DNA of 64,000 bases, from assembly GCA_964036045.1 (NCBI GenBank), contig OZ038378.1, positions 140,492,001 through 140,556,000 on the forward strand. The letters run 5' to 3'. Below are positions 12,236 through 24,404 of the stretch, piece by piece (position 1 is the stretch's first letter; every line of letters begins with the position of its first letter). Made by a program: the position numbers and the translations under genes. The stretch is from Eutreptiella sp. 'Long Island Sound 2002'. Lineage: Eukaryota > Protista > Euglenida. The notes under the pieces were generated by a model. It did not search any database and was not told the origin of the DNA. It worked only from the letters and a program-made list of their open reading frames with translations.

Positions 12236-13349
12236 AGACTAGTTGCATTGTCTCACGAGAAATCCACAGTAGAGGACAAGCGGCCACCAGGTCTGCAGAA
12301 GGTTCCCCATTGCTTTACATAGTTCGCTCTTTGGTCGATCCATCGCCGTCCAACCGTGATCGGCAACAGCCTGTAACCTGTTCGACTTCCGCCGCAACTG
12401 CCGCAAGAAATGCGGCGCTCCTTTGAGGGGGGTTAGCTCTCCACTCGGGGCATGCACAACAACACAGGGATGGGTCTGGGTTTGTGGATGTGCCATGGTG
12501 CCCCCCCCACCCCCCCCCACACACACATACAGAGTGGCTGTTTGGTGTTGTGCAGATGGCTCAGATTTTTCAACAATTTTCTAAGAGCCGTGTAGAAAAA
12601 GAAAGTTGAAAACTCAAAAAATAGACTTTTGATTTAGAACTGACATTTTTTGAAAGAAGCTTTGAATTTGGGAAATTCGAAACCTCGCAATTTTGAGAGA
12701 AGGAAAGCGGTCGCTATGTCCTTTGCCCCCCCCCCCCCCCCCTGGATGTACCCCGACACCATTGGGGTCCCTAAACAAAGACAATTGGTGGCGGTCGATT
12801 GGCGTGTGGTAGCCATGGACAATTAGCAGTTGGTGGTTCAAGGGGGTTGGCAGCTGGTTGTTGTTGGTTAGTAGTGGTTGGTAGTATCTGGCGGTTGGCG
12901 GTTGTTGGTGGTTGACGCTTGGCATCCGTTGGCTGCACGAGTGCTGCGGGCTCTAGTGGGTCAAGCGTGCAGGCGGGGGAAGGGGGCCACATGCACCCCC
13001 CCCCCCCCAACCCCCGGGCCTATTCCAATAGATGGTGTCTAGTAGCCATGGACGTGATCTGCTATATCGGCGAAATCGGTTGCCGTTTGTGGTCGTGTCG
13101 CCCGCCTCCCACCCCCAGGCTGTTCATCTAGTTTGCCGCGAGGCCACATCCACCTCAGGGGATGTTAAATTCCACAAGCAACCCAGTTAAGTCGGGGGAC
13201 GCAAAGGGAAGAGAGCCATATTGCCTCACCTCCTCTCCTTGCTTGTTGTGCCGAGGGGCAGTTTGGCAACCTTCGTGGCCTAGATGACAAGTTGTTTGAC
13301 TAGAGGGTCAAGCATGCTCTTGGCCCCACTCAAAGGACCCTAACCAAGT

Positions 13350-13862
13350 GGTCGCTGTGGGGAGGCCAGAGCCCTCCTACTACGGGTTCACTGGCTAGGG
13401 GGAGACGGGTTGTCTCTCCATGCTGCTGGTGGCTGGTCGAGAGGGGTGGTCGCTGAGTGGAGGCCAGAGCACTCTTGTTGCAGGTTCACGGGCCAGGGAG
13501 ACACGTGATGTCTCTCCGCGATGGTGGTTGCTACTCGGGAGGGGTGGTTGCTGAGGAGATGTTAGAGCCCTCCTTCTGCGGGTGTGCCGGCCAAGGGGAG
13601 ATGGGTTGTTTGTGTGGTTGCTCGGGAGGGGTGGTCGCTGAAGCGATTTTAGTGCCCTTGAGCTGCGGGTTCACTGGTTAGGGGGAGTCGGCTGTCCCTC
13701 CGTGCCAGTGGTCGTTGCCCGGGAGGAGTGGTCGCTGAGGGGAGGCCAAAGCCCTCCTGCTGTGGGTGCACCAGCCAAGGGGAGATGGGTTGTCTCTCCG
13801 TGGTAGTGGTCGCTGCTCAGTAGTGGTAATCAATGAGGGGAGGTCAGAGCCCTTGTGCCGCA
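13350..13862. repeat. Second block of the same minisatellite (unit about 97 bp)
   Basis: Same consensus as 11160-12235, about 5 copies. Confidence 0.85.
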
Positions 13863-14139
13863 GGTTCCCATAGGTACGTGTATGAAAGGTAGTTTCGTTC
13901 ATCATATCTTGTTTTGTGAAGAATTAACGCATTTTGCTCTTGCCAGGGTACCCATGGGGTATTTGTGTTCGTCATTTCAGGGTCTGGGTCAACACCCTTG
14001 AGGTGAGGTTCTTCTTGTGGACCGCAAGTCTTTTGCAAAACTTGCCATTTTTACCAGTTTATGCAAAATATGAAAGCATCTTCTCCTCTTCATTATTCCA
14101 TTCATAATTTGCTTCATAATTCAGAACTCGCTTTATGGC

Positions 14140-15612
14140 AAACCTAGCCGCGGCTCTAATGGTGAAACCTCACCTCGAGGGGCCTATATGCCGCCAGCCG
14201 GTCCTCCTGAGGGGCAGTGGGTGTGGGCGGGCCCAGGGAGGCAGGCTCTTCTCCCGGCCCCCGGTGGTGGAGCTGCCGGCTAAGCCATGGGTAGGTGCTG
14301 CCGCGGGGCAGGGGGTGCAGGTGGGCATTGGGGGGAGTGGAGGGGGATTCGCCGGGGCGGGGGGGGGGCGTGTGTTGGGTGGGCGTATGTGGGGGAGAGG
14401 AGGGGGAGGCTTTGCCAGCCGTCCTCACTAGGGGTCGCTGGCCGTTCCTGAAGCCTAGGCGGCCGGTACTAGGGGGCCCGGGGCTCCCTGGGGCTGGTGT
14501 TTGGCACTAGGTGTGAGCACACAGGTAAATGGGAGGGCTGTGTGTGTAGCGTGCGCGTTGTGTGTGAGTGTGATGACATCCGCGGAAAGCGGGGAAAAGG
14601 GGAGACCTGGAGGTCATCCACCAGGCGACGGCTGTCAGTCCGGAAGGTCCTGCAGCTAAGATCCCCTCTCATTCCGCCTGCTGGTGCAAGCATAGCTCCT
14701 GCAACACCCACGCCATTGTGCTGTTCGGGCCCAGGCGGGCCTTCAGCAGCGTGGCATGTGCCTCGGCATGGGTGTTCCAGACTCTGATGGACTCCTCCAT
14801 GACGTGGTGCAGAAACTCAGTCCCCAGTGTGTGGGGCCTGGAGCATTCCATGTGAGCCCGCTGCATGGGTCGGGTGCGCAACGCAGCCGCCGGTGTTCCC
14901 GGCCAGCCGGCTCCCACAGCTCGTTGCGCAACGATACAGCCCGACTCCCCACTTTCTGGTCTCGTCACGCCGCGAGTCGCCGGCAAGCCGGTCTCCACTC
15001 GTGGGACTGGGCCGAGTAGGCCCAGAGGTGGGGCGCTGTTTCTGGTTGCGCTCCGCATAGGAGGCACGTTGTGTCTAGCACCGTGTTACGGTGAGACGAC
15101 CGGTGTGCTTAGAAAGTAATCGTTGGGATGTTGTCCATGCAGTGCGCCGATATGGCGCTGCTGGTCACTATCGAACCACTCGAGGTGGGGGGGGACTCCC
15201 CGTCATGTAGTTGGCCCCCCAACGAGCCTCATATCCGACCCGCGCCACAATGGAGGCTTGCTCCTGCAACTGGTTGCTCGGCGCCGTGGGGGAAAGCTGA
15301 CACTGGTCCCGGTAGGTTACCGGGGGGAGGAAGGAGAAGGGGCAGCGGAGGAGCCATGTGAGGTCTACCTCCGGTGGTTCCTACATTGCCGCATCTACGC
15401 GGACATTAAGGTCCATGATCTAGTGCGATGGCGTGGTGACCACATTAATAGCCGAGGTAGGGGCCAGGCGGCGGCCCCCCAGGACCGTGGCATACAGGTG
15501 GTGTATGCCATCTCCACAATGACCTCCCTCCTGGTAAGTACGGAAGGCCCCCAGCACCGCTTCGGAGTCCGGCACCAGCTACACTCCTGGCTGCTCAGCC
15601 AGCCGACGGACG
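14140..15612 (-). mobile_element. 3-prime fragment of a non-LTR retrotransposon: RNase H, CCHC zinc finger and putative 3-prime UTR
   Basis: Minus strand: LVPDSEAVLGA (15552-15575), INVVTTPSH*IMDLNVRVDAA (RNase H-like PxH...N..vD, 15393-15449), CLLCGAQPETAPHLWA (zf-RVT-like, 15019-15066). Confidence 0.65.
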
Positions 15613-15671
15613 TATGACACGAGGATCATGGCCTCTCCTTCATGGGAGGTGCCCACCCCGGAGGCAACGTG

Positions 15672-15937
15672 GGTGTGGTGTGGTGTGGTGTGGTGTGGTG
15701 TGGTGTGGTGTGGTGTGGTGTGGTGTGGTGTGGTGTGGTGTGGTGTGGTGTGGTGTGGTGTGGTGTGGTGTGGTGGGGTGTGGTGTGGGGTGGGGTGGGG
15801 TGGGGTGGGGTGGGGTGGGGTGGGGTGGGGTGGGGTGGGGTGGGGTGGGGTGGGGTGGGGTGGTCTGGTGTAGTGTGGTCTTGTGCGGTGCAGGCCAGGG
15901 CAGATTGGTGTGGTGTGGTGTAGTGCAGTGTGGTGTG
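15672..15937. repeat. Compound microsatellite: (GTGTG)n switching to (GTGGG)n
   Basis: About 20 GTGTG units, then about 15 GGGGT units, then decay. Shorter GTGTG tracts lie at 7436-7480 and 8503-8525. Confidence 0.95.
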
Positions 15938-16078
15938 GAGCATCTATGCTGAAGTTGTTCCAGTGTAGTGTGTCATCCCCGTTCATCTGGAAGTGCATCA
16001 TCTGCAGTGCAGAGCTTCGCTCCCATGCACACAGGCCTGCTCCCTTCAGCAGCCTTGCCTGTCCATTTTCTTGTGCAG

Positions 16079-16185
16079 CTGTTGAAGAAGTATTGGAAGA
16101 AATCTCCTCTGGGAAAAAGCCCACAGGACTTTCAGGGGTAGCTGGTCTGCTGCAAGTCTGTGCGCAAAAGCTCAGCAGTGGCCAT
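16079..16185 (+). CDS. Putative host exon B
   Basis: Acceptor ccattttcttgtgcag, donor cat|gtatgc. The phase-1 start joins exon A to read DFDEAVEEVLEEISSGKKPTGLSGVAGLLQVCAQKLSSGH. Ends in phase 0. Confidence 0.55.
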
Positions 16186-18399
16186 GTATGCGATGATCTT
16201 GGGGCTTGCATGTGGTGGTTGCGGGGCACGTCTGTGGAGGTTGTGGCATGGATATGGAAGGGTTGTAGGGCATGTATCAGGGGGTTGCCCTTGATGTATG
16301 TGATGGCTGTCATGGTTTTTGGGAGTACATTTGAGGTTTCGGAGCATGTATGAGGCGTGGAATGTGCAAGATGTGGAATGGCAAAAGGTAGTGTTAGAAG
16401 TCCTGGCTCTCTACCTCCTCTAGCCCATCAGAGCTCCCCACCCACCCAGGGGTTTCTCTGAGCCCTTCAACCACTGAACGCACGGGCCTACAGCCCCTGC
16501 AGACCACTTCAGACCATGTCCAGACCACACCATGTCCCCTAAGGCTCGTGAGTCCCGTGAGGTTCAAAGGGATTTAGACGGGGACACCCTCACGTCCCTA
16601 AGTCGGCTCAGGCCCCTACAGGAGCCTTCAATCCCCTGGGAGTAGCGGGTCTGATGGGGGGGCAGAGTTGTGATATACCGAAGTTCCCGCAATTTTTTGC
16701 CATGTCGTTGAGCAAGCACCAAGTTTGGGTCATTCGTGGGTTGTAATGTTTTGCACGTCAGGGTGTGGCAGGCCTGCCGGCCCATGCCCGCAGCTGGACT
16801 CCTTCATGCAACGTGCAGGTGTCGCAGCTGGTGGGGGCGTGTCTGCCGACTTTGAAGATGGACGACCCCGATTGTCTGTTGGCTCTCAGAGCCCTGCAAA
16901 AGGTGTGACCTCACGCTCAAGTGCCTCAGGGATGTATTGGAATGCTTGACAGCCACAGGAGGAGTGCCCCCAAGGGGGGCGGCTGGTTCGAATCCAGACA
17001 CCCCCCCCCCTCCCAGACCCCCCAAAGTTTTGGAACACATCTTTCTCCAAATTGAGAACTTTGGGGAAAACTAGTGGCGCCATAGGCGCCGAAGAATTTT
17101 TTTTCTGGCACATGGTATGGAATAAAATGGTTCATCCCCCATATGTGTGTATACTCAAAATGCTCAGCTCACATTGGGGATTCAAGAGTAGTGCATAGTA
17201 TGCTGAGTTGGAACCACTTTGATCTATCCCCACAATGACGAACATATCCCCACTTTTCGCCGGGCTGCGATGCTGTCAAACCCAACGTCCACGTCACCGA
17301 AGATCCACCCGCCTTGTAGCCAATGCTGTAGACTGCAATGTGAATCATCATCATGCAAGCACCCAAGCCGGTGGCACCCTATCCATTTGGGTAGGTTAGG
17401 GCGGTGCATGAGTCAGGCTACCTGGGCCACGCACGCAACTCTTCGGAGGTACCTGACCACCCCCCATTTCAAACCACCGTGAACCCCCGGCTCCCCCCGA
17501 CACTCCCCGGGGACCCTCCAGACCCCCAAAAGTTGTTGCACACGGTTGGGTGTCAATATGCGAATATGCGCCCCCCTTGAGCCTTCCCCCCTCCCCCCAG
17601 CCCACCTAGGCTCCCATGCTCAATTAAACCTTGGGGCTGGTGGGTGACCTTGTTGTGGTGTGAGGGCCGAAATGGCATCTGGCCATCACGAACAGACCGG
17701 AGAAGGGGGTTCCGCTGGAGGGGGCTCCGTTGGCTTAAAGTTGCCCGACAAAACGGTGGTGGCCTCAAGTTGCCCCACATCAGGGTGGTCCTTTGGGACC
17801 GAGATTTTTTTTTGTTAAGGACTGCCCTTAAGGACCCCCCCTTATGGGCTTTTTTCCACCGGCCTAGTGAGGGCCCTTTTTCAACCCCTTCTTGGGGACC
17901 CCCCGAGAATGCAGGGGTTGCGTAGCACTTCCGCCCTCTTGTGGGCCCCCGAGAAGGCAAGGGTGCGGCACACTTCTAATTTTGTGCTTTTTGTTGGGGA
18001 CCCTCGAGAACGCAGGGGTTACATAGCGCTTCCGCCCTCTTTTGGGCCCCCGAGAACATTCAACCTTCCTGTGCTATTGAGGAAACCGGGCCATATTTTG
18101 TTATGTTTCTCTTTGTGTTGCGGTTTTTTTTATGCTCGTATGCATGTGCTTTTTTTAATCAAGTGTTTGCAAGGGCGATTCTTTTGATGAAATTGAAAGC
18201 GGCAAATAGTGCTCAAACCCGAACTTGTGTGTGCCCAAACCTAAACCAAACCAATGCAGCAGCGGGAGTAGGCACCCAGGACAACACTCAGTGCAGAGGG
18301 ACGGGAGTAGATGTTCATGTTTGCTCTTTCATGTTTGCTCGCCACGTGCGGGTAGACGAGATTTGGATGAGGACCGTGCTGTGGTACGAATCCGCATTT

Positions 18400-18903
18400 G
18401 GCCGCACACTCATGTGGCTGATTGCGGGCGTTGGGGAGGCTAGGCGATGTGCTAGGCTGCCGTGGACTCATGTTGTTGTTCGGTGCCCGCTCGATTGCGT
18501 TGAGTTGGAAGAGCACATGGACAATGAAGATGAGGGGAATCTTTTCAAGCTTACGGTGGCCTTTGGTGCGATGTTTTGGTTGCGGTTTGTGGCACTAGCA
18601 AGAAAGTGCAAGCAACGAAGGGTGCACAACTCGCCGCAGTCCAGGGTAGGGAGCAGCTCCATCAAGCGCAGCCGAATTATGTCTCGTCGCAGTCTCATTG
18701 AAGATTTGCAAAAACTTTTTAAGGAATCTCAGTGGGTAGGTAGTGCTATAGTGGAGGATTGGGTTGCGGCAAGCTCCTGTTTGTGTGAGCGGGTTTTCAG
18801 CTACGTAAGGGCCACCAATTTTGGGCAGAACACGGAGCGCATGTGTGAGGTGCCATGGGTGAGGTGTAATGGGCAAGCTGTGGGGGCCTTTGGAGGTTTT
18901 TGA
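18400..18903 (+). mobile_element. hAT-like transposase C-terminal (dimerization-domain-like) remnant
   Basis: AIVEDWVAASSCLCERVFSYVR resembles the hAT S..xERxFS motif, within the 266-aa ORF. Confidence 0.4.
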
Positions 18904-20439
18904 TGAGCTCCGCAAGTTATAGCTCAACAAGAACATGAACAATGGTCAAAACCACCCAACCATTCAGGGGTTCAACGCGGACTACAGAGATTGGAAAAGA
19001 GCGTCCGTGGGAGCGCCGCCAAGGCCGAAAGCCGACTCGGCCACTTTTAAGCTCAACACAACATAGTTCAAGTAGGACTTTTGCGGCCCAATAAGTTTGG
19101 AGCAATCCACCACACAAGGGGCGCAAAAGAGCACAAGGAACCTAGAGACACATGTGCCGGCGGAAGACGGGGATGCTTTCTGGTCATTCTTGTGGAAGCA
19201 GAATGGGCGCCACACCGAGCGAGGGAACACCAAGGGGGGCACCACCACTGGGAGCAAGGGCGCAAAGGGTGCGTTGTCTCACGTCTTGGAGGCTTTTAGG
19301 TAGTACACACCAGACCTACACGCCGTCATGCAAAGAGGATCCTTTCGGAACAAAGGAGAGGGTGGACACCGGACTACCCATACTCAGGAACCAACATGTG
19401 TCTATTGGGACCGGACGCACTCTACCAAGTAAGAGTGGTGGCCTCAAGCGTATGCATGCCCGAGGAGAGAGGAGAGGAGTTGAGCGCCTGAAGTGTTCAT
19501 CATAAGGCAGGGAGTCAACTTCACAGTGGATGACCTGACAAGGTTGGTGTATAGCCTCCACAAGGCAAAGGTGATTGCCGTGCATGTGGGCATCCGGCAG
19601 TTCAAGTAGTACACAGGTGACCAACGGAAGTCAACCCCACGGGCGACAAAGGTCACCGAGGTGGTCAGCTCTCATGGCCCGACAACCTCAAGGTGACGGG
19701 GTGCACCAAGCCCAACGAAGTGCCGAGCACAAAGGTGTGAAAAGGAACCCACCAAGGTAAGGCCTAGGGGTTGCGGCAAGAAGGACGGAGACTAAGCGAC
19801 AACCATCTGTGGAGCCCTGTGGACGGCGACCGCACACAACGAGCAAGAAATCATAAGCAAAAGAAATCATGCAGCCCAATGGAAAAGAGAGTCTCACTCC
19901 ATCGCAAGGCTAAAGCTAGGGAGGAGAAGAACCCCGACCACCGGAGATTCTAACTGGGCCGCTGCGCCCCCACAATGATACATAAGCAAAGACCAAAGAG
20001 GGGACAAAGGCACGGCTGCGGATTGGCCCCTAGACCCCACTCCCAATGCAAAGGTCATGGCAATTCAACATTGGATGCTCCTTGACTATCACAACACGCA
20101 GTGAGCTTTCTCGCCGGTGAAGTGAGGGCCAAGGCCGAACTAAAGGCGGGGGAAGGCAACCCTCGTACCCTTTTTACTGAATGGGTGGTCAATCAATGGT
20201 ACATCGCTACCAACAAATGATGCAATCTACACGTGCACTAATTTCTTCTCAGGGGGCCCAATGGGACCCAGCAAGATGCCTGGTTTGGCAACACAAGGCG
20301 ACCGGGGGCTACGCTCTCGAGCCCCTCGCCCACGGAAAGAAAGCGGCACTGCCCCTTTGCATAGTGTTGGAGTCGATAATTTTGCTAGTGTTGTGTTCCC
20401 ACAGGGGAGTGGGGTGGGATTGGGCACATCCCGGAAGCG

Positions 20440-20660
20440 CTAGCGCCCCCGCCAGAACCCCCCGCTAGAACCCGTCCCAGCGCTAGAACCTCTGCCTGAA
20501 CCCCCCGCCGGAACAGGTTTCAGCGCCAGGACCCCCACCGGAGCCCCCCGCTAGAACCCGTTCCGGCGCTAGAACCCCCGCCGGAACCCCCTGCTGGAAC
20601 AAGTTTCAGTGCCAGAACCCCCGCTGAAACCCCCAACAGAACCCTGCTAGATCTAGTGAG
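20440..20660. repeat. Short-period degenerate tandem repeat (agaacccccgct-like)
   Basis: Repeated gaaccccc(g/t) and cagcgctagaacc motifs. Confidence 0.8.
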
Positions 20661-21618
20661 AGCAGAAACTGGGTGGATTGTAAATGGCCTGCCCAGGGGT
20701 CAACCTAGTAAAAGAATTTGAGATGCCAACGTTTGACACACAAGGGAAGAGTTTTGACTCGCCAATTGGGGGTTCGGACCCCATTACCCCCAAGTTCCAA
20801 AAAAACCGCTGGTGTGGCAAAGAGAACTGTCCGGAGGGCCATGGTATGAACACGTTTTGTCACTCCCACATCATAAATTGTTGACTCCACGTACTGCCAG
20901 CCATCGGTTGCCTCCGGCTTCATCAGCTCCATCTTGAAATTCCTTATGTCCAGGTGAGACTTGGAGCAAACAAAGGAGCATCCCATTGCAAATTCTCCGC
21001 CATCGGCGGCGGAATATAGTCACAGCTGTCAACAGTAACCTCCACCAGGATCTGCAAATAGTGGGAATCAATTTTGAATGCATAGCTGGGTGTTGGTACG
21101 TGCTTGTAGGGAGGGAACATGAGTGCAGGACACACCGCACAGCATGGATGGCCTAGCACATCTTTAGTTTTGTCCTCCCAGATCCACCTTGAAAAATCCT
21201 CAAGCAGGGAAGGTCATCATCGTGCAACATCCCATCAGCTGACTCTTGTCAACCAGTATTCTCTAGATGTAACGTAACTGACTTTTCTTCCCCATTAGGT
21301 ACGAGTGTTGGTTCTGCGAGGGGCTTCGTGACTGCCAGACAGAAGGGCTTCCATTGCTCATCAGACTAGGGGGGGGGGGGGCAAGTTGATATTGTCCCAG
21401 CTTGGGAACTTCCTCTATTGTAGGCTGCCGGCGACCTAGGTTGATGTTGATTGCTGCTGTGGAGGAAATCAATTTTTTGGGTCTCTCGAGCTGCAGATCA
21501 ATTCCTACATGTTGCAAAGGGGCATTTCAAGTTTGCTGATTTACAATGTGAGGACAAAATCACCAATTGAAGGCACATGCTTCTTCTCAGGTGTAGAAAC
21601 GGATTCTCTAGGTGCATC

Positions 21619-21708
21619 CAGATGTACCTCCAGTTTCTTGGCGTGTCCTCCCAGCAGTCCCGCCACTCTCAGTTTGGGTAGAGTCATGTACTTGAGAATC
21701 TCCTCCCC
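21619..21708 (-). other. SAM (sterile alpha motif)-like peptide fragment
   Basis: Minus strand reads GEEILKYMTLPKLRVAGLLGGHAKKLEVHL, resembling the SAM consensus G..LL.LT..dL..lGi.lGh.kKi. Confidence 0.35.
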
Positions 21709-22771
21709 TTGTTCAGCATCAAAACTAGTGGTCGCTCAAAAAATTGTCCCACATAGATCTGTGTGTGCAGTGCTAAAAAAATGGGATTGTGTGCAGACAA
21801 CATTGGTCAGCAAACCGATGTTGGAGTTCCGGAACGGCCAATGTAAAGGTGCATATGCATAGTTTGTTCTGGGGCATTCTCATTGGAAGTCTTCATGCAG
21901 TCAATAAATCGTTGCCCGCGGAGCCACAGACCCCTCAGCACGGGTTTGAAGTACTTCCACAGCTCGTCCTGTCAAAACAGTGGTTCCAGAAGCACCTCCG
22001 TGATTGTTTAATCTAAACAGGCCCAAGAGAGACATCAAATTGTGTGTTTCAAGCAGAGCAACCGACCACAACTGAACAAGAGACAGGCAGATAGATCGCC
22101 GTATACCACATTCGCATTTTGCTTTAATTGTCGAGCCTTCCGCGGCCCAACCAACATTGCTAGCTTGTCATGGGGTGTCCTGCCAGAAGCCCGAGGCTAA
22201 AAGTGGGGGGGGGGTGCTAGTACCCAACAAGTTCAAAAGAAAAGTGCCCCCTTTTTTCCTTGTGGAAGAGGGCCGGCTAAATTTAAGCATCACACCAGGG
22301 CGGCTGGTTTTGCTGGCCTTGCTTTGGGCCCCTGTGATACCGGACCCAGAGGATCTGCCGTGGCTGCCAACTTTTATCCACGTGCATGCATCGGTAGCTA
22401 AGCTATTCCGATCTTTGCCTGAGTCTATGTCACTCTCTGGTTGTTTCACGGGATTGGGTGTTGCTTGTAATTCCTTTACACGGATTGTTATGTGTTAAAG
22501 ACACCGATTCACTGATTCAATGTGCATCGTAGATTGGCAGCAGTGGAATACTTGTATTGCCGAAGGTAAACAGCTGCAATTACCAAACGGTGAGTGTGAT
22601 GAGTAGGATAGTGAAGAAGATGATGCTAACATTGTAGTCACTACTGTGATTGTTGATACACCAGCCAAGAAACGAACCGACAGTTTGGCTCTCGCTGAAC
22701 TGTTGTTTTCCTTGGAGGGCTTGTGGGACCTTTGCTGTTTGGTGACAGGTGTTTCTAACCTATGAGTTTTA

Positions 22772-24251
22772 TTGCGAATCGCATGGCCCTCGGGATACAG
22801 CCGAGGCTCAAGTCCCGGCACGTGGGACCCCAATGCCGTGAGGGGCGCTGGGCGAATCGAGCAGGCCCGATTCCGGGGCCTCTACGTCACCGGCACGGCA
22901 GCGGCCTACCTGGAGCGACGGGCCGCGGAAGAAGGCCGAGAAAGAGCGAAGGCAGTCGAGACTGCCGAGGTTTTGCATAGCGGCCGTGGTGGTGGTCGAG
23001 AGGAAACCGTCACCGGCAGCAAGGGCAACGAGGTCCAAGGCGAGCTGCGGGGGACCAGGGTGGCCGAGGGGGATATAGAGGGGAACGAGGGCGTGGTAGG
23101 GGCCGGCAGACTTGGCACCCAAGGCGGGGAGGAGGACCGAAGGGCAAGGGCCAGGCGCGGAAGCCACCCTGACGGCGCCCGAAATAACCACACCGCCGTA
23201 GCCGAGGGGGACGGATGCGCCAGGCCCTACCTCAGGGCGCCTCCGAGCCGCTGCGGGGGTTCGGGTCGGCTGAGTCAGGTGTGGGTGCAGGGGCCGGAGG
23301 GTTGGTGCCAGCGGTGAGTGGGTGGGATGGAGGATTTGCACCATGCGGTGCAGGAAGCTTGGGGGGCGCCTATGGGAGCCTGGTGGCGGGTTCGAGGGGG
23401 AAGAGTGCTATGTGAAGAGAAGGAGGAGTTGTACACGAGGGACCACATTCAGGTCCGCTTCCGCGGCGTGGGAGAGGGGGGGGGGGTGAGACGGGAAAGG
23501 TTGGGGCATCGGGGGGGACGCAGGGTGGGGAGGGTGGGACGGGACAGACGTTGGAGAAGACGATGGAGATGATGCGGCTGTAGGGCGAGCAGCTGCAGCT
23601 GCTGGCCGCCAGCACAAGCGGCTTGCGGAAGGAGGTGGAGGAGTTGAAGAGCGGCAAGGGGAAGGAGAAGCAGCAGGAGGAGAAGGAGGAGCCCATTCCG
23701 CCGCTCTCGGTGGCCAACGTGGAGAAGATGGAAGGCGCCCCGCATCTGCCTCGGTGGATGTCGGGGCAATGCAAACTCTTGAAGGAGTTGTTGGGGGGGC
23801 TGGGGGAGGAGTGGGTGGCTGAAGACATGGAAGGGGTAGAAGGGGGGGATGGGGGAGGGGTTGTGGATTCTCACATTGTCCTGACGATTCCAGAAGACGG
23901 GGGGACCCCTTGGGATAAGTTTGCGTGGGGGATCTGGGTGGGTATGGTCCGGAACCAACGTGAGTATGGAGCCAAATGGGGCGGTTCCAAGAAGGGGGCA
24001 AGTGGGCAGCAGACAGAGTCCAAGGGCGGAGGTGGGGGGGGTTGGTTGCTATCACACAACCGGGATTTTACAGGGGGGTGGAAGTGGCATTGCACCAGGG
24101 GGAGCTGTGCTTTAAGACCATGGGAAGCAACCCTAAATGGGTCCCACTTTCGGGCAAACCAAGCCAGCCATGCCAGCGGTGCACCCAAAAGGGGGTGAGC
24201 CGGGAGCAGGCACTCCACTGGAGGGTGTACTGTCCCCATTGGACAGGGTGA
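22772..24251 (+). mobile_element. gag-like region of a tyrosine-recombinase element (frameshifted)
   Basis: Charged, coiled-coil-like stretch (MRKEVEELKSGKGKEKQQEEKEE) and a terminal CQRC-x10-HWRVYC knuckle ending at 24251. Confidence 0.5.
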
Positions 24252-24404
24252 ATTGCTGCTGAGGATCCCGTGGATGGGTGGGACGAGGGCGTGTAGGGGG
24301 GGGGCTCAGACGGCGAAGAGAAGTGGTGGGCGGAGGGATACCGTTTCGCGTGGGGACGACTATAGGATGCGCGGGCGCAAGAGCCGGGGGATAGCCCGGA
24401 AGCG

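Noticed and set aside
11160-13862. Regular array with a period of about 97 bp considered as CRISPR
   Set aside because: The whole unit is repeated and degenerate, with no unique spacers and no cas genes. The context is eukaryotic.
15579-15952. Poly-His/Pro/Thr and VWCGV ORFs in the track (also 7164-7779)
   Set aside because: These are translations of GTGTG/GTGGG microsatellites.
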